A stretch of DNA of 64,000 nt from a virus (lineage: Duplodnaviria; Heunggongvirae; Uroviricota; Caudoviricetes), in the IMG/VR virus record IMGVR_UViG_2571042206_000004. The stretch is one strand, 5' to 3'. The translations under genes and the position numbers were made by a program. Below, piece by piece: positions 17,878-27,752 of the stretch. Numbering within the stretch: the first letter of the stretch is position 1; each line of letters starts with the position of its first letter. The notes under the pieces were generated by a model. It saw only the letters and a list, made by a program, of their open reading frames with translations. It was not told the origin of the DNA and searched no databases.

Positions 17878-18191
17878 TTCTTCACAGACCTCGCAGCATG
17901 GGAAGGTTTGCCTTCAATCAAAAGCTTATAGATCAGCTCACAAAGGACTTAGCAAGACAAGGTAAAGACGTATGGGTGACCTCTACACCCGCCAAGCCGT
18001 CATCAAAGGCGATTTACATGGATGAATGGGACTCTATAGACCCTATGGCGAATGCTTGGGCGAAATCACTGTTCTCAAACATTGTCAAAGACGGAAAAGC
18101 AGCAGTGGTGATCGGCGTCGACGAAATCGAACCTGAAAAGGCTGCTCCGCTTGCTTCAGATAAACCCCGAACAAAAGCATTTGTTTGGTAA
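17871..18191 (+). CDS. hypothetical protein (C-terminus …KAFVW)
   Basis: Overlapping start with the upstream ORF. No motif. Confidence 0.45.
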   Translation: MVILHRPRSMGRFAFNQKLIDQLTKDLARQGKDVWVTSTPAKPSSKAIYMDEWDSIDPMANAWAKSLFSNIVKDGKAAVVIGVDEIEPEKAAPLASDKPRTKAFVW

Positions 18192-18236
18192 TTCTCGTGG
18201 CGAAAGCCACACAACGTAACGCAACAAGGAAACAAA

Positions 18237-20627
18237 ATGACCAACCGTGTAACCAAACGCAACGGCTCTACGGAGCCTTTTTCTCAAGAAAAAATTGAGA
18301 AAGCGGTAATTTGGGCCACAAAAAACACAAACGTGCCACCTCAATTAGTTATTGATAATGCAATTATGCTTATCTATGACGGTATTAAAACAAGCGACAT
18401 TCAAGAAGCTTTAATTAGCGCAGCATCTAAACTAACTTCTGCAACCATGACAGATGCTTCATTTGTAGCGGCTCGCTTATTGCTCTTAGATTTATACAAA
18501 CTTGTATGCGGCGAGCAAGGAAAGGTCGATGGTGGTGGTTTTAAATATCCTCACATTAAGGATTACATTCAGGGGGGTGTTTCTTGCAACCTTCTCGACC
18601 CTGCTTTATTGCAAAGCTACGACCTAGATAGAATTAATGCCGCAATCAAGCCAGAGCGTGATTTGCTGTTTGGTTATTTAGGACTAGATACTCTAAAAGA
18701 CCGTTACTTTATTCGCAAAAATCGCGATGTTAAGTACGAAAAAGCGACTGGTAAAACTTCAGGTGAAATTATCGAATTGCCGCAACATTTCTGGATGCGT
18801 GTAGCAATGGGTGTCGCAATTAAAGAAAAGCCTGAAAACCGCACGGCGCGCGCTCTTGAATACTATGAAATGTATTCAACTTTGAACTATATCTCTTCAA
18901 CACCAACGCTTTTCAATGCCGGTACATTACGCCCTCAGTTGTCTAGCTGTTACTTAAACCAAGTATCAGACACGATCACAGCCGAACTTGGTGACAGTCG
19001 TTATGCTTCAATCTTTGGAGCCATTGAAGAAACAGCTTTATTGTCTAAGTTTGCTGGTGGTATCGGCACAGATTGGACACCTGTGCGTGGTGAAAATGAA
19101 ATCATCATTGGTACAAATGGTATCTCTAGCGGTGTTGTGCCTTACATCAAAGTTCAAAACAATACAGCTGTCGCGGTAAATCAAGGCGGTAAACGTAAAG
19201 GTTCTGTGGCGCCTTATCTTGAATCTTGGCATCCTGATTTCATGTCCTTCTGTGAACTCAAGAAGGAAGCTGGTGATGACCGACTTCGTGCGCATGATGT
19301 ATTCCCTGCCGCTTGGGTTCCTGATTTGTTAATGAAACGCAAAGAAGACCCGGAAGCAATGTGGTCGTTCTTCTCTCCGCATAAATTCCCTGAGCTTCAT
19401 GAGTTGTATGGCGAAGAATTTGAAGCCCGTTATGAAGAGCTTGAAGCGCTTGGTGAATTTGAGTTCCAATTGCCTGCAATTAAAGTGTGGCGTCATATTC
19501 TTTCTAACTTGTTTGAAACGGGCCACCCGTGGATTACATTCAAAGACGAGAGTAACCGCCGTAACCCTCAGTCGCATGTGGGGGTAATTCACCACAGTAA
19601 CTTGTGTACCGAAATCACGCTAAATACATCTAAAGAAGAAACAGCTGTTTGTAATCTTGGCTCAATCAACCTAGCCGTTGTAATGTCGGGCGATAATCCA
19701 TTAGAAAAATTGCGTACAGCAGTTCGTTTGGCCATCCGAAATCTCGACTCGGTGATTGACGTAAACTACTACCCATCAGAACGCGCCAAACTCTCTAACC
19801 TTCGTCACCGCCCAATTGGTTTAGGTGTAATGGGTTATTACGAGTGGCTAGTAAAACAAGGTGTAGATTTTGAAAGTGATCAACATCTTGAACAAGCAGA
19901 CGCATTGTTTGAGGCAATTTCTTACTTTGCAATTGAAGCCTCAGCAGATCTAGCGCAAGAGCTTGGGTCATATCCTTCATTTGAAGGTTCTAAGTGGTCA
20001 CAAGGCATCTTGCCAATTGACACTGCTAAGAAGATGGAAGATGGCAAGCCTTTCTTTGATCGCCCACGTCGTTTCGATTGGGAAGCCTTGCGCGAGAAAG
20101 TCAAGAAAGGCATGCGCAACTCAAACATCATGGCAATTGCACCAACGGCAACGATCTCAAACATTGCCGGTACAACCCAATGCACAGAAGTGCCATTCCT
20201 GCTTCAGTTCTATAAAACGAACTTAGGTGGCGTGTACAAAGTGATTGACCCATCGGTGCGTCATGTTGGAACAAACTATCACTTACTTAAAGAGGCGTTC
20301 TATGTTGATCAGCTATGGATTATTAAAGCCGCAGCTGTTCGACAAAAATGGATCTGTCAGTCTCAATCAACTAACTTGTTCGCTAAGCAAGGAACAACTG
20401 GTAGAGACTTAGACCTCATTTACACCGAAGCTCACCGCAAGGGTTTGAAGACCACTTACTACCTACGTGGCCAATCAGCTACCAAAGATTCAGCATCGGC
20501 AAAAGATGACGTCATTGAAGCATTGAAATCAGCAGTGGCTCAAGGGGCGACATTGAGTGATGCAGAAGCTCACCAACAAGCCAAATTGTGTTCGATTTTC
20601 GAGCCTGATTGCGAAAGTTGCCAATAA
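18237..20627 (+). CDS. nrdA: ribonucleotide reductase class I large subunit
   Basis: N-terminal ATP-cone (VTKRNGSTEPFSQEKIEKAV) and active-site SNLCTEI. 796 aa. Confidence 0.9.
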   Translation: MTNRVTKRNGSTEPFSQEKIEKAVIWATKNTNVPPQLVIDNAIMLIYDGIKTSDIQEALISAASKLTSATMTDASFVAARLLLLDLYKLVCGEQGKVDGGGFKYPHIKDYIQGGVSCNLLDPALLQSYDLDRINAAIKPERDLLFGYLGLDTLKDRYFIRKNRDVKYEKATGKTSGEIIELPQHFWMRVAMGVAIKEKPENRTARALEYYEMYSTLNYISSTPTLFNAGTLRPQLSSCYLNQVSDTITAELGDSRYASIFGAIEETALLSKFAGGIGTDWTPVRGENEIIIGTNGISSGVVPYIKVQNNTAVAVNQGGKRKGSVAPYLESWHPDFMSFCELKKEAGDDRLRAHDVFPAAWVPDLLMKRKEDPEAMWSFFSPHKFPELHELYGEEFEARYEELEALGEFEFQLPAIKVWRHILSNLFETGHPWITFKDESNRRNPQSHVGVIHHSNLCTEITLNTSKEETAVCNLGSINLAVVMSGDNPLEKLRTAVRLAIRNLDSVIDVNYYPSERAKLSNLRHRPIGLGVMGYYEWLVKQGVDFESDQHLEQADALFEAISYFAIEASADLAQELGSYPSFEGSKWSQGILPIDTAKKMEDGKPFFDRPRRFDWEALREKVKKGMRNSNIMAIAPTATISNIAGTTQCTEVPFLLQFYKTNLGGVYKVIDPSVRHVGTNYHLLKEAFYVDQLWIIKAAAVRQKWICQSQSTNLFAKQGTTGRDLDLIYTEAHRKGLKTTYYLRGQSATKDSASAKDDVIEALKSAVAQGATLSDAEAHQQAKLCSIFEPDCESCQ

Positions 20628-20640
20628 TTTTAGGTTAATA

Positions 20641-20660
20641 TAGTCAGTCACTACTGACTT
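20641..20660. repeat. palindromic motif copy (class II) followed by TATTAT
   Basis: Read directly from the sequence. Confidence 0.75.
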
Positions 20661-20706
20661 ATTATGCAGGGGTGTTTTTAACGCCCCTCTTTCATGGAAT
20701 AAAGAA

Positions 20707-21699
20707 ATGACATACGCAAACCGAATTAATGATCGACGCTTAATTTTAGGGCCAAAGGATGACCTTATGGCGATCAGCCCGATGAAACACACATGGGCCA
20801 GAGACATTCATCAACGCATGAAGGATAACAATTGGTTCCCCGAAGTGGTCGACTTGAGTAATGAAGGCATTTGCTATCGAGACAAGCTTACCGAAGCGGA
20901 ACGTCGATTGTATGACAAGAGCCTTGCGTTTTTATCGAACCTTGACGGCATTCAATTTCACAATATCAACCAAAATATTGCAAAACATGTGACCTCACCG
21001 GAAGTTGCCATATGTTTGTCCCGTCAAGCTTGGGAGGAAGCCAACCATGTAGAGTCTTATGCCAAACTCATCGAAACGGTCTCAGCGGACCCAATGAGTG
21101 TCTATATGACATTTGAACGCGATGGTATTTTGGCGAAGAAAAACGAGTTTATTTTGCGTCAATCACGCATCTTGGGAGATCAGTTCTCAGCGCGTGGTTT
21201 TGCCCTTGCTTGCATTTCTAACGTCATGCTTGAGGGCGAGTATTTCTTCTCAGGATTCTTAGGATTTTATCTACTTGCTTTCAAAGGTAAGATGTTGGGT
21301 TCTGCGGATATGATTCGCTATATTCAACGTGATGAAGAAGGAACGCATCTTGATCTGTTCTTGAACATGATTGAAACATTGCGTATTGAAAATCCTGAAG
21401 TGTTTACTTCTTCATTTTGGGAAGATGCGGCTAAAATCATTGATGAATCTACCAAAATGGAAATTAGTTGGGGTCAATATATTCATCAAGGCGTTACCAA
21501 TCCAGAAGCGATTGAACTGTATATTAAATATTTAGCTAATAAACGCGCCGCTCAAATTCGAGCGCCATTTGTGCCTTATCCTGGTGTGGTAAATCCGTTT
21601 CCGTGGGTAGAAGAGTTCTCTAAGCCTAATACAGCCGAAAAGAATTTCTTTGAAACACGCGTAACAGACTACAAAACTGGCGGTGCGTTAGCATGGTAA
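20707..21699 (+). CDS. nrdB: ribonucleotide reductase class I small subunit
   Basis: Di-iron ligand motifs EEANHVESY and RDEEGTHLDLF. 330 aa. Unusual C-terminal …TGGALAW. Confidence 0.85.
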   Translation: MTYANRINDRRLILGPKDDLMAISPMKHTWARDIHQRMKDNNWFPEVVDLSNEGICYRDKLTEAERRLYDKSLAFLSNLDGIQFHNINQNIAKHVTSPEVAICLSRQAWEEANHVESYAKLIETVSADPMSVYMTFERDGILAKKNEFILRQSRILGDQFSARGFALACISNVMLEGEYFFSGFLGFYLLAFKGKMLGSADMIRYIQRDEEGTHLDLFLNMIETLRIENPEVFTSSFWEDAAKIIDESTKMEISWGQYIHQGVTNPEAIELYIKYLANKRAAQIRAPFVPYPGVVNPFPWVEEFSKPNTAEKNFFETRVTDYKTGGALAW

Positions 21700-21701
21700 A
21701 A

Positions 21702-21726
21702 GAAAAGGCGCTTAATGCGCCTTTTC
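21702..21726. terminator. bidirectional intrinsic terminator between convergent nrdB and doc
   Basis: GAAAAGGCGC-TTAAT-GCGCCTTTTC, a perfect 10-bp stem flanked by an A-run and a T-run. Confidence 0.7.
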
Positions 21727-22145
21727 TATAACTGATGAACATACTGATAGAGATACTCAGCTAAAGCCTCAGCAATCTCTTTATGATTTCCATCTTCTGT
21801 TGATTGTGCGCTTTGCACAATATCAACCATCATGTCATCAAGATCTTGATTAGGCTCGATATAGACGCCTTGCATACGAAGGTAAGTCAACATTACGGTT
21901 AATCCAGTTCGCTTATTGCCGTCTGAGAATGCATGTTGAGTGGAAATAGAAATCCCATACCATGCCGCAATCTCATAAATGTCATTCAAACCGTCATAAT
22001 AAACATACTGCTGAACTCTATTTAAAGCACTTTCGAGAAGACCATAATTAGTTGGACCTCTCATGCCTCCTTCTACGCTGTCTAAAATCTCGCTATGAAT
22101 CGCTTCAACAAGCGTTGCGTTAATTAATGGCGCTGGATCATACAT
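21726..22145 (-). CDS. doc: Doc (death-on-curing) Fic-family toxin
   Basis: Fic/Doc motif HAFSDGNKRTGL. Overall similarity to P1 Doc (…YGISISTQHAFSDGNKRTGLTVMLTYLRMQGV). Confidence 0.75.
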   Translation of the reverse strand: MYDPAPLINATLVEAIHSEILDSVEGGMRGPTNYGLLESALNRVQQYVYYDGLNDIYEIAAWYGISISTQHAFSDGNKRTGLTVMLTYLRMQGVYIEPNQDLDDMMVDIVQSAQSTEDGNHKEIAEALAEYLYQYVHQL

Positions 22146-22507
22146 TACTTATAAGCCAGACGTTCGAGTTCCTCGTGATGATCACGAATAACACTGCGAG
22201 CAACTCCGCGCACCAAACGCTCAGAAGCAGGAGATGCATTTAACTCCATTGCTACAGCCGCGCGAGCCAACACATCGTTATGAATTTCATCCATAACCTT
22301 CGCATACTCCTGAGAAAGCTTTAAAGACGTCATAACTTCAACCGCCTCTTTAATGCTGGCGTGTTGTGACAAATATCTTTTAACTAAGCGTTCCTTCTCT
22401 TCTTCGCTAACTTCAGGAGTTGATTTAAAAACTCTTTGAAGCTCTAAAATTCTTTCGCTTTTAGATTTGTTTTTACGCTCAGCTAAAAACTCGCTAAATC
22501 TTTTCAT
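22145..22507 (-). CDS. putative antitoxin partner of Doc (not Phd-like by eye)
   Basis: 120-aa ORF immediately upstream of doc on the same strand, with overlapping stop/start. Charged helical protein. Confidence 0.45.
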   Translation of the reverse strand: MKRFSEFLAERKNKSKSERILELQRVFKSTPEVSEEEKERLVKRYLSQHASIKEAVEVMTSLKLSQEYAKVMDEIHNDVLARAAVAMELNASPASERLVRGVARSVIRDHHEELERLAYK

Positions 22508-22649
22508 GTAATTAACCTCTTTAACAAACGTCGATCCAATGTCAATTCATTGCGTCGATCGAATGTCATGGTTCATTTTAACTGTTTATTCGTAAACATA
22601 AAACAACTGGCTAAAAATAAGCCTATTTTGCTGAAAATAAACTCCAAAA

Positions 22650-22669
22650 GATCAGTCAGTACTGACTAT
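22650..22669. repeat. palindromic motif copy (class I) followed by TATACT
   Basis: Read directly from the sequence. Confidence 0.75.
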
Positions 22670-22737
22670 ACTTTAACGCTCAGAGAACGAGGGGTGGCAT
22701 TAGTCACCTCTTTTTAAAAAGTGAGTGTTACCCAACA

Positions 22738-23598
22738 ATGCAAGTCAAAATTATTGCGGATTCTTGCAGCCATGAAGGTAAGCGAATTACTACCTTTCAG
22801 CTGCGTTATCCGCGCTTTATTCACAGTGAAGTGATGACCCACCGCGTATTTAGTCGCAATGCTTCAAGCTCGCGTGCCATCCCTGTTATCAAGTTGATTA
22901 ACCAAGTTGAAGCAAATCCGGCAATGCCTGTTCATTGGGGTAAAAACCAAGCTGGTATGCAAGCTTGGGAAGAGGTGAATGAGTACAAAAAGGAGCTTGC
23001 GCGTGAAGCATGGTTGGAAGCTGCTAAAAATGCAGTAAATACCGCACGTTTCATGGCTGACGATCTTGGTCTGCACAAACAAGTTGTTAATCGCATTTTA
23101 GAACCTTTCCAATTTATTGAAGTGGTTTTAACAGCGACAAGCTTCGATAACTTTTTTGAGCTACGCCATCACGAAGATGCGGACCCAACCATTTTTGCCT
23201 TAACTGCATTAATGAAGGCTGCGCTAGAAAAATCAATACCTGTCTTATTGGCCCCTAATGAGTGGCACCTTCCGTACATTCTGGATGAAGAACGCGAAAA
23301 GTATCCAACCGACATTTTGTTGCAAGTGTCGGCGGCTCGTTGTTGTCGTGTGTCCTACTTGCGGCATGACGGTAAAGCGCCAGACATCCAAAAGGATATT
23401 CGCCTTTGCGAAAAGCTAGTGGGTTCTGAGCCGCTACATGCCTCTCCATTTGAACACCAAGCCACACCAGATATTCGCAATCCGTGGTTAGTGAAGTTGT
23501 TCAAAGGCGAATGGCAAAACAAACATCTACATGGGAATTTCGATGGCTTTGTACAGCATCGAAAATTAATCGAACTTCAATTTAAGGAAGCAGCATGA
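22738..23598 (+). CDS. thyX: flavin-dependent thymidylate synthase ThyX
   Basis: ThyX signature MTHRVFSRNASSSRA (RHRxxSxxxxSxR). Confidence 0.8.
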   Translation: MQVKIIADSCSHEGKRITTFQLRYPRFIHSEVMTHRVFSRNASSSRAIPVIKLINQVEANPAMPVHWGKNQAGMQAWEEVNEYKKELAREAWLEAAKNAVNTARFMADDLGLHKQVVNRILEPFQFIEVVLTATSFDNFFELRHHEDADPTIFALTALMKAALEKSIPVLLAPNEWHLPYILDEEREKYPTDILLQVSAARCCRVSYLRHDGKAPDIQKDIRLCEKLVGSEPLHASPFEHQATPDIRNPWLVKLFKGEWQNKHLHGNFDGFVQHRKLIELQFKEAA

Positions 23599-23888
23599 GC
23601 TTTTGGAAATGGTTATTCGGCTCAAATGAGTCAAGCCCACAGCCACAGAAATCGGTCGACTTGATTATTGGAAATATCACCAAGCAAGTTGAAGAACTAA
23701 GCGCTTTGGAAGAACAAAAACTTCGCGAAGCAAACAATCACGGCGAAGAAGCAGCAAAAATCTTATTCAAACAAGATGAAGCAAATGCCGAAGCTGCTCG
23801 CGCTCGTACTGTTGGCGCAGCTTTAAGCAAGCTAATCACAGCGCCTCAAAATTTAACCATTGAAGATGTAAAGAAGGAAATTAACTGA
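23595..23888 (+). CDS. hypothetical protein
   Basis: 97-aa ORF coupled between thyX and dut. Confidence 0.45.
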   Translation: MSFWKWLFGSNESSPQPQKSVDLIIGNITKQVEELSALEEQKLREANNHGEEAAKILFKQDEANAEAARARTVGAALSKLITAPQNLTIEDVKKEIN

Positions 23889-24346
23889 TGGTTCCAGTGG
23901 AAGTAAAAATTTTAGATGACCGCTTATTAAGTGAGTTTGGTGCGCCTGTATATGCCACTCAAGGCTCTGCGGGTTTGGATCTACGTGCATGCCTTGACGC
24001 TGAAGTAACGTTGAATCCGGGAGAACAATTACTCGTATCAACTGGCATCGCCATTCACCTAAAAAACAAAAACTTGGTGGGCATGCTGTACCCACGTTCA
24101 GGGCTAGGCGTTAAACATGGAATTGTTTTAGCGAATGGCACTGGCGTTATTGATAGCGACTATCAAGGTGAAATTAAAGCGTGTCTCCGCAACAACGGCG
24201 ACAAGCCATTTGTATTAAAGCCGGGTGAACGCATTGCTCAATATGTTGTTTTGCCAACATTCCAACTAGCGATGACTGTTGTAGATGAATTTGATTCATC
24301 AACTGAACGCGGTGAAGGCGGCTTCGGAAGCACAGGTACAGAATAA
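23888..24346 (+). CDS. dut: dUTPase
   Basis: Motifs GSAGLDL, YPRSGLG, GVIDSDYQGE and FGSTG. Confidence 0.9.
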   Translation: MVPVEVKILDDRLLSEFGAPVYATQGSAGLDLRACLDAEVTLNPGEQLLVSTGIAIHLKNKNLVGMLYPRSGLGVKHGIVLANGTGVIDSDYQGEIKACLRNNGDKPFVLKPGERIAQYVVLPTFQLAMTVVDEFDSSTERGEGGFGSTGTE

Positions 24347-25029
24347 TGTTTGGTCTTTGTGGAAGTCACCGTACTGGTAAGACAGCGCTTGCTCAAGCAT
24401 ACGCGGAAAAGCACGGTGCTATTTTTCTGAAAAGTGACATCACAGGATGGCAACGTGAGATTGGGTTTGATTCATCGAATCAGACCTACTCATTCGATGA
24501 TCGAATGAAGATCCAAGAGCATATGATTGCCCGCCTTGAGGATTTATACGTTGAACACTTCATGGGCGAGAGCAAACTCGAACCAGTCATTACAGATCGC
24601 ACGCCTATTGACCTGATGATGTACACCCTCGCTGCCGTGACAGACGGTTTAAGCGATGAACAGTCTCAGCGCTTGGAAGCGTATTTGAACAAATGCTTTG
24701 AAGTCCAAAACAAATATTTCACGGGGGTAATGCTTGTTCAGCCGGGTATTCCTTTGGTCAAAAAAGAAGGCTCAGCCAAGTGCTGTAAAGCTTTCATTGA
24801 AAAGCTAAACACGATTGTTTTGGGCCTGTTTATGGATGGTCGTTTACGAGTGCCGCATTGGTATCTCAAACGCGACGTCCTTGATCTTAATAAACGTATT
24901 TCTCTTTGTCATTCATGCTGGCACAAAGCACGGATTTCGCTAATTGCCAAATTGGATGCAAAGGAAACAGTTTCAAGCAAGCCTGATTCCATGAATGGGA
25001 TTGAGTTTGCCACTGAAACACGCCAGTAG
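24346..25029 (+). CDS. P-loop kinase, possibly deoxynucleoside-monophosphate kinase (T4 gp1-like)
   Basis: Walker A GSHRTGKTA (gp1 GVKRSGKDT) and ITDRTPID. Located in the nucleotide-metabolism cluster. Confidence 0.4.
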   Translation: MFGLCGSHRTGKTALAQAYAEKHGAIFLKSDITGWQREIGFDSSNQTYSFDDRMKIQEHMIARLEDLYVEHFMGESKLEPVITDRTPIDLMMYTLAAVTDGLSDEQSQRLEAYLNKCFEVQNKYFTGVMLVQPGIPLVKKEGSAKCCKAFIEKLNTIVLGLFMDGRLRVPHWYLKRDVLDLNKRISLCHSCWHKARISLIAKLDAKETVSSKPDSMNGIEFATETRQ

Positions 25030-25118
25030 GCGAATCAATCTGAGGTCATTGAGACCCCAATTTAACAGAGCTTCAATAAAGAAGTTGAAGCGCAAACACT
25101 CAGAATCAAAAGGAGTTA

Positions 25119-25325
25119 ATGATGAGTGACGCAGCGGTCCAACAATTACAAGCGCAAGTAACCGACCTTACTGCAAAAGTGACAGCGCTCACAAACACTG
25201 TTACGGCGCAGGGTGAAGAAATCAAGCAGCTTAAACAAAGTGCTGACGCGAATGCGTCCGCTATTAGTTCTTTAAGCACCTCGGTTTATAGCTTATCGAA
25301 TCGTGTAACGCGTCTTGGTGGCTAA
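25119..25325 (+). CDS. small coiled-coil protein
   Basis: 68 aa; heptad-like repeats; followed by a terminator. Confidence 0.4.
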   Translation: MMSDAAVQQLQAQVTDLTAKVTALTNTVTAQGEEIKQLKQSADANASAISSLSTSVYSLSNRVTRLGG

Positions 25326-25351
25326 CAAGCGTAAGTAATTAACAAGGAAGT

Positions 25352-25376
25352 GGCAGCGTAAGCTGCCATTTTTATC
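25352..25376 (+). terminator. intrinsic terminator
   Basis: GGCAGC-GTAA-GCTGCC followed by ATTTTTATC. Confidence 0.65.
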
Positions 25377-25423
25377 AATTTATATAACGGGGTTTCTATG
25401 AATATCAATACCCTCCCCTCTTT

Positions 25424-25663
25424 GTGGTTGGTCGGTTTAGCTGTTATTGGCGCGGTGATTATGTGCATCGCAATTTTGATTCGAGTTTTTGGATGAGCAA
25501 GATGGCTTGGTTTTTATTGGGATTCATTGTTGCGTGGTTCATGTGTCACAACTACACACACTCAATGATCGCCTCTGAATGTGAACGTCTAGGCGGGTTC
25601 TTTGTAGGTAAGAAGGTGTTTAAGTGCATCGCGGTCGAGAAACTTGAAGAGGAAAAGAAATGA
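25424..25663 (+). CDS. hypothetical small membrane protein
   Basis: Hydrophobic segment WFLLGFIVAWFM. Confidence 0.35.
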   Translation: MVGRFSCYWRGDYVHRNFDSSFWMSKMAWFLLGFIVAWFMCHNYTHSMIASECERLGGFFVGKKVFKCIAVEKLEEEKK

Positions 25664-26055
25664 TCGTTATTAGATTTACAAATCACCAATCGCCTTTGGG
25701 GATAAAGAAAGGCTGGACTTTGGGTGATAGAAAAAAGCCGCAAGACCTTCTTTTAATACGCATTCCTTTTGTAGAGGTCATTCATACAAAAGAAGGTCGT
25801 TTATTTGACTTCCTTCGCATGTGGGTTAATGAAGATCTCAGCTGGCACAAATTGGTTCGTCGTGAGCGTAATAAAGGTTACGCACGCGGAAAAGCCGAAG
25901 GGCTTAAAAACGTTAGAGACGACTTGCAGTATTGGAAAGATGCATTTGACAAGCAGTACGCAAAAACTCGCGAGATTGAGGCTGAAAATCAACCCCTCAA
26001 ACAGACCATTAAAGGATTGGTCATCATAAAGGGTGACGAAAATGGCAAAGCATGA
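25660..26055 (+). CDS. hypothetical protein
   Basis: 131-aa ORF in a coupled small-gene run. Confidence 0.4.
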   Translation: MIVIRFTNHQSPLGIKKGWTLGDRKKPQDLLLIRIPFVEVIHTKEGRLFDFLRMWVNEDLSWHKLVRRERNKGYARGKAEGLKNVRDDLQYWKDAFDKQYAKTREIEAENQPLKQTIKGLVIIKGDENGKA

Positions 26056-26230
26056 TTTTAAAACCAGAAAAGCCGCTCGTACTGAGCATTACTTCAAGCA
26101 TGTGTATCGAAACAAATTAGTACCTTGTACAGCCTGCAATGGTTCAGGTTGGTATGACTCGTGCCGACCTAATGGTGACTCAATCCCATGCGGTAGCTGT
26201 GAAGGCACCGGCAAGGAGCGTGAAAGATGA
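26033..26230 (+). CDS. DnaJ-type zinc-finger mini-protein
   Basis: Two CxxCxGxG repeats (CTACNGSG, CGSCEGTG). Confidence 0.45.
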   Translation: MTKMAKHDFKTRKAARTEHYFKHVYRNKLVPCTACNGSGWYDSCRPNGDSIPCGSCEGTGKERER

Positions 26231-26535
26231 ATGCTGTTAAATTTATTCAGGATTTTGGACTTAAGAAGGCGAGAGAGGTTATTGAAGCCGCAATAGATGG
26301 TTCTACTCATGTCATCTATAAGCAAGCGGACGGACTCATTAATTTGAAAGACCTCAAGCGTCTAGTGGAGTCTTTGGATCGTATAGCGCAGCTTGGCGGA
26401 TTGTCGAAAGCAAAAGATCACTTGGCTTATTTGATTTCGTTCGGTTCTGAGTTTGCTGGAGTAAGCAAAGACGAGATCAAGGAATTGCAGCAAGACGTGG
26501 CTGTCCACGAATCAATATACGGAGGCGGGGAATGA
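26227..26535 (+). CDS. hypothetical protein
   Basis: Coupled ORF. No motif. Confidence 0.4.
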   Translation: MNAVKFIQDFGLKKAREVIEAAIDGSTHVIYKQADGLINLKDLKRLVESLDRIAQLGGLSKAKDHLAYLISFGSEFAGVSKDEIKELQQDVAVHESIYGGGE

Positions 26536-26768
26536 ATCAAGAATTTTTGAATTGGGCAAAAAAGAATTTGAATTACACAGGTGTAGATGCATTTGAAGCG
26601 GGAAAACAAAGTCGACAGGCTGAGATTGATGCAAATGAACTAAAGCTCTTAAAGCTTAGTGAAGCCATCTATGCGTGTGGTGATCTACGTGAATATTCTG
26701 ATGATGAGCTATTAGGCTTCTACAGGGTCCTCAAAGGCATTTTGGAGGATAAAGACCATGCTTGTTGA
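26532..26768 (+). CDS. hypothetical protein
   Basis: Coupled ORF. No motif. Confidence 0.4.
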   Translation: MNQEFLNWAKKNLNYTGVDAFEAGKQSRQAEIDANELKLLKLSEAIYACGDLREYSDDELLGFYRVLKGILEDKDHAC

Positions 26769-26961
26769 TGAGCAAATCAAAATGCTTGAAAGCGGTGACT
26801 ATGTTCTAGTGCCTAAAGAGCCTACACAAAAAATGCTTAATGCTGCTCACTGCTACATGAACCCAGTTAAAGGAAGTGATGTGCATCCTGAAACAAATAG
26901 AAAGCGCAGAGAGATGTACAAGGCGATGATTGGGGCATTTAAAGGAGCCAGCCATGAGTGA
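26758..26961 (+). CDS. hypothetical protein
   Basis: Coupled ORF. No motif. Confidence 0.35.
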   Translation: MLVDEQIKMLESGDYVLVPKEPTQKMLNAAHCYMNPVKGSDVHPETNRKRREMYKAMIGAFKGASHE

Positions 26962-27376
26962 GTTTAAAAATTTCCAATCATGCCCCGTTTGCCGAGAGCA
27001 GACTGATCAATGCTTGTCGTGCGCCTCGTATGTTGTGGATGGCGAACGTATTTATTATGAAAAACTGAAAGATTATGGCGCAACTCAAGATCATGAATTG
27101 CGTTTTATTCGCCATATTCAGAAGCATAGAACAACGGCATTTTTTCATAATGGAAAATTGTATATACCAAGCCGACAAGGAAGATCAGTTCCTTTAGCAA
27201 TTGGTTTGCAATGGGAGGCTTGGCAGGAACAACAATTAAAAGTGGACGAACTTCAAAATCGTATTAATTCGGCGCTTGCAAGGGCTGACATGACTTGTAT
27301 TGGTCAATCCATGTTTTTTAAGCAGTTTGATGACGTTATTGCAATTTTGAGAGGAGAGAAACGCAATGATACATAA
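26930..27376 (+). CDS. hypothetical protein with CxxC…CxxC pair
   Basis: CPVCREQTDQCLSC near the N-terminus. Confidence 0.4.
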   Translation: MGHLKEPAMSEFKNFQSCPVCREQTDQCLSCASYVVDGERIYYEKLKDYGATQDHELRFIRHIQKHRTTAFFHNGKLYIPSRQGRSVPLAIGLQWEAWQEQQLKVDELQNRINSALARADMTCIGQSMFFKQFDDVIAILRGEKRNDT

Positions 27377-27467
27377 CGACGGCTGGTTTTGGATCTTTAT
27401 GATAGTTGTAGTCATATGCATTACGACTCTTAAATTGAACGGCATTGATGTGGGATTTTTTTAATAA

Positions 27468-27743
27468 ATGAGAAACGCATTAATACTTTTTCTGGCTGTT
27501 CAGTTAAGCGCTTGTGAGGTTTCTAACACGGCGTTCAACGAGTCTATAGTGCCACAAACCCAAGATTTCAACCCTTCGCAACACTGTTACGTGATGCGTT
27601 ATAGACAGGGGCTAGTGTGGCGCGAGGCAAACATAGTTTCAGAAACCGAGCTTGATTATCAGGAAGCTCAGGCGAAGGTTGAAAAGTTAGTGGGTTGGTA
27701 CAACGACACTGGCGAAAAATCAGAGTACCCATGCAAATTTTAG
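27468..27743 (+). CDS. hypothetical secreted/lipoprotein-like small protein
   Basis: N-terminal LILFLAVQLSAC, a signal peptide with lipobox-like LSAC. Confidence 0.4.
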   Translation: MRNALILFLAVQLSACEVSNTAFNESIVPQTQDFNPSQHCYVMRYRQGLVWREANIVSETELDYQEAQAKVEKLVGWYNDTGEKSEYPCKF

Positions 27744-27752
27744 GACAAATAA

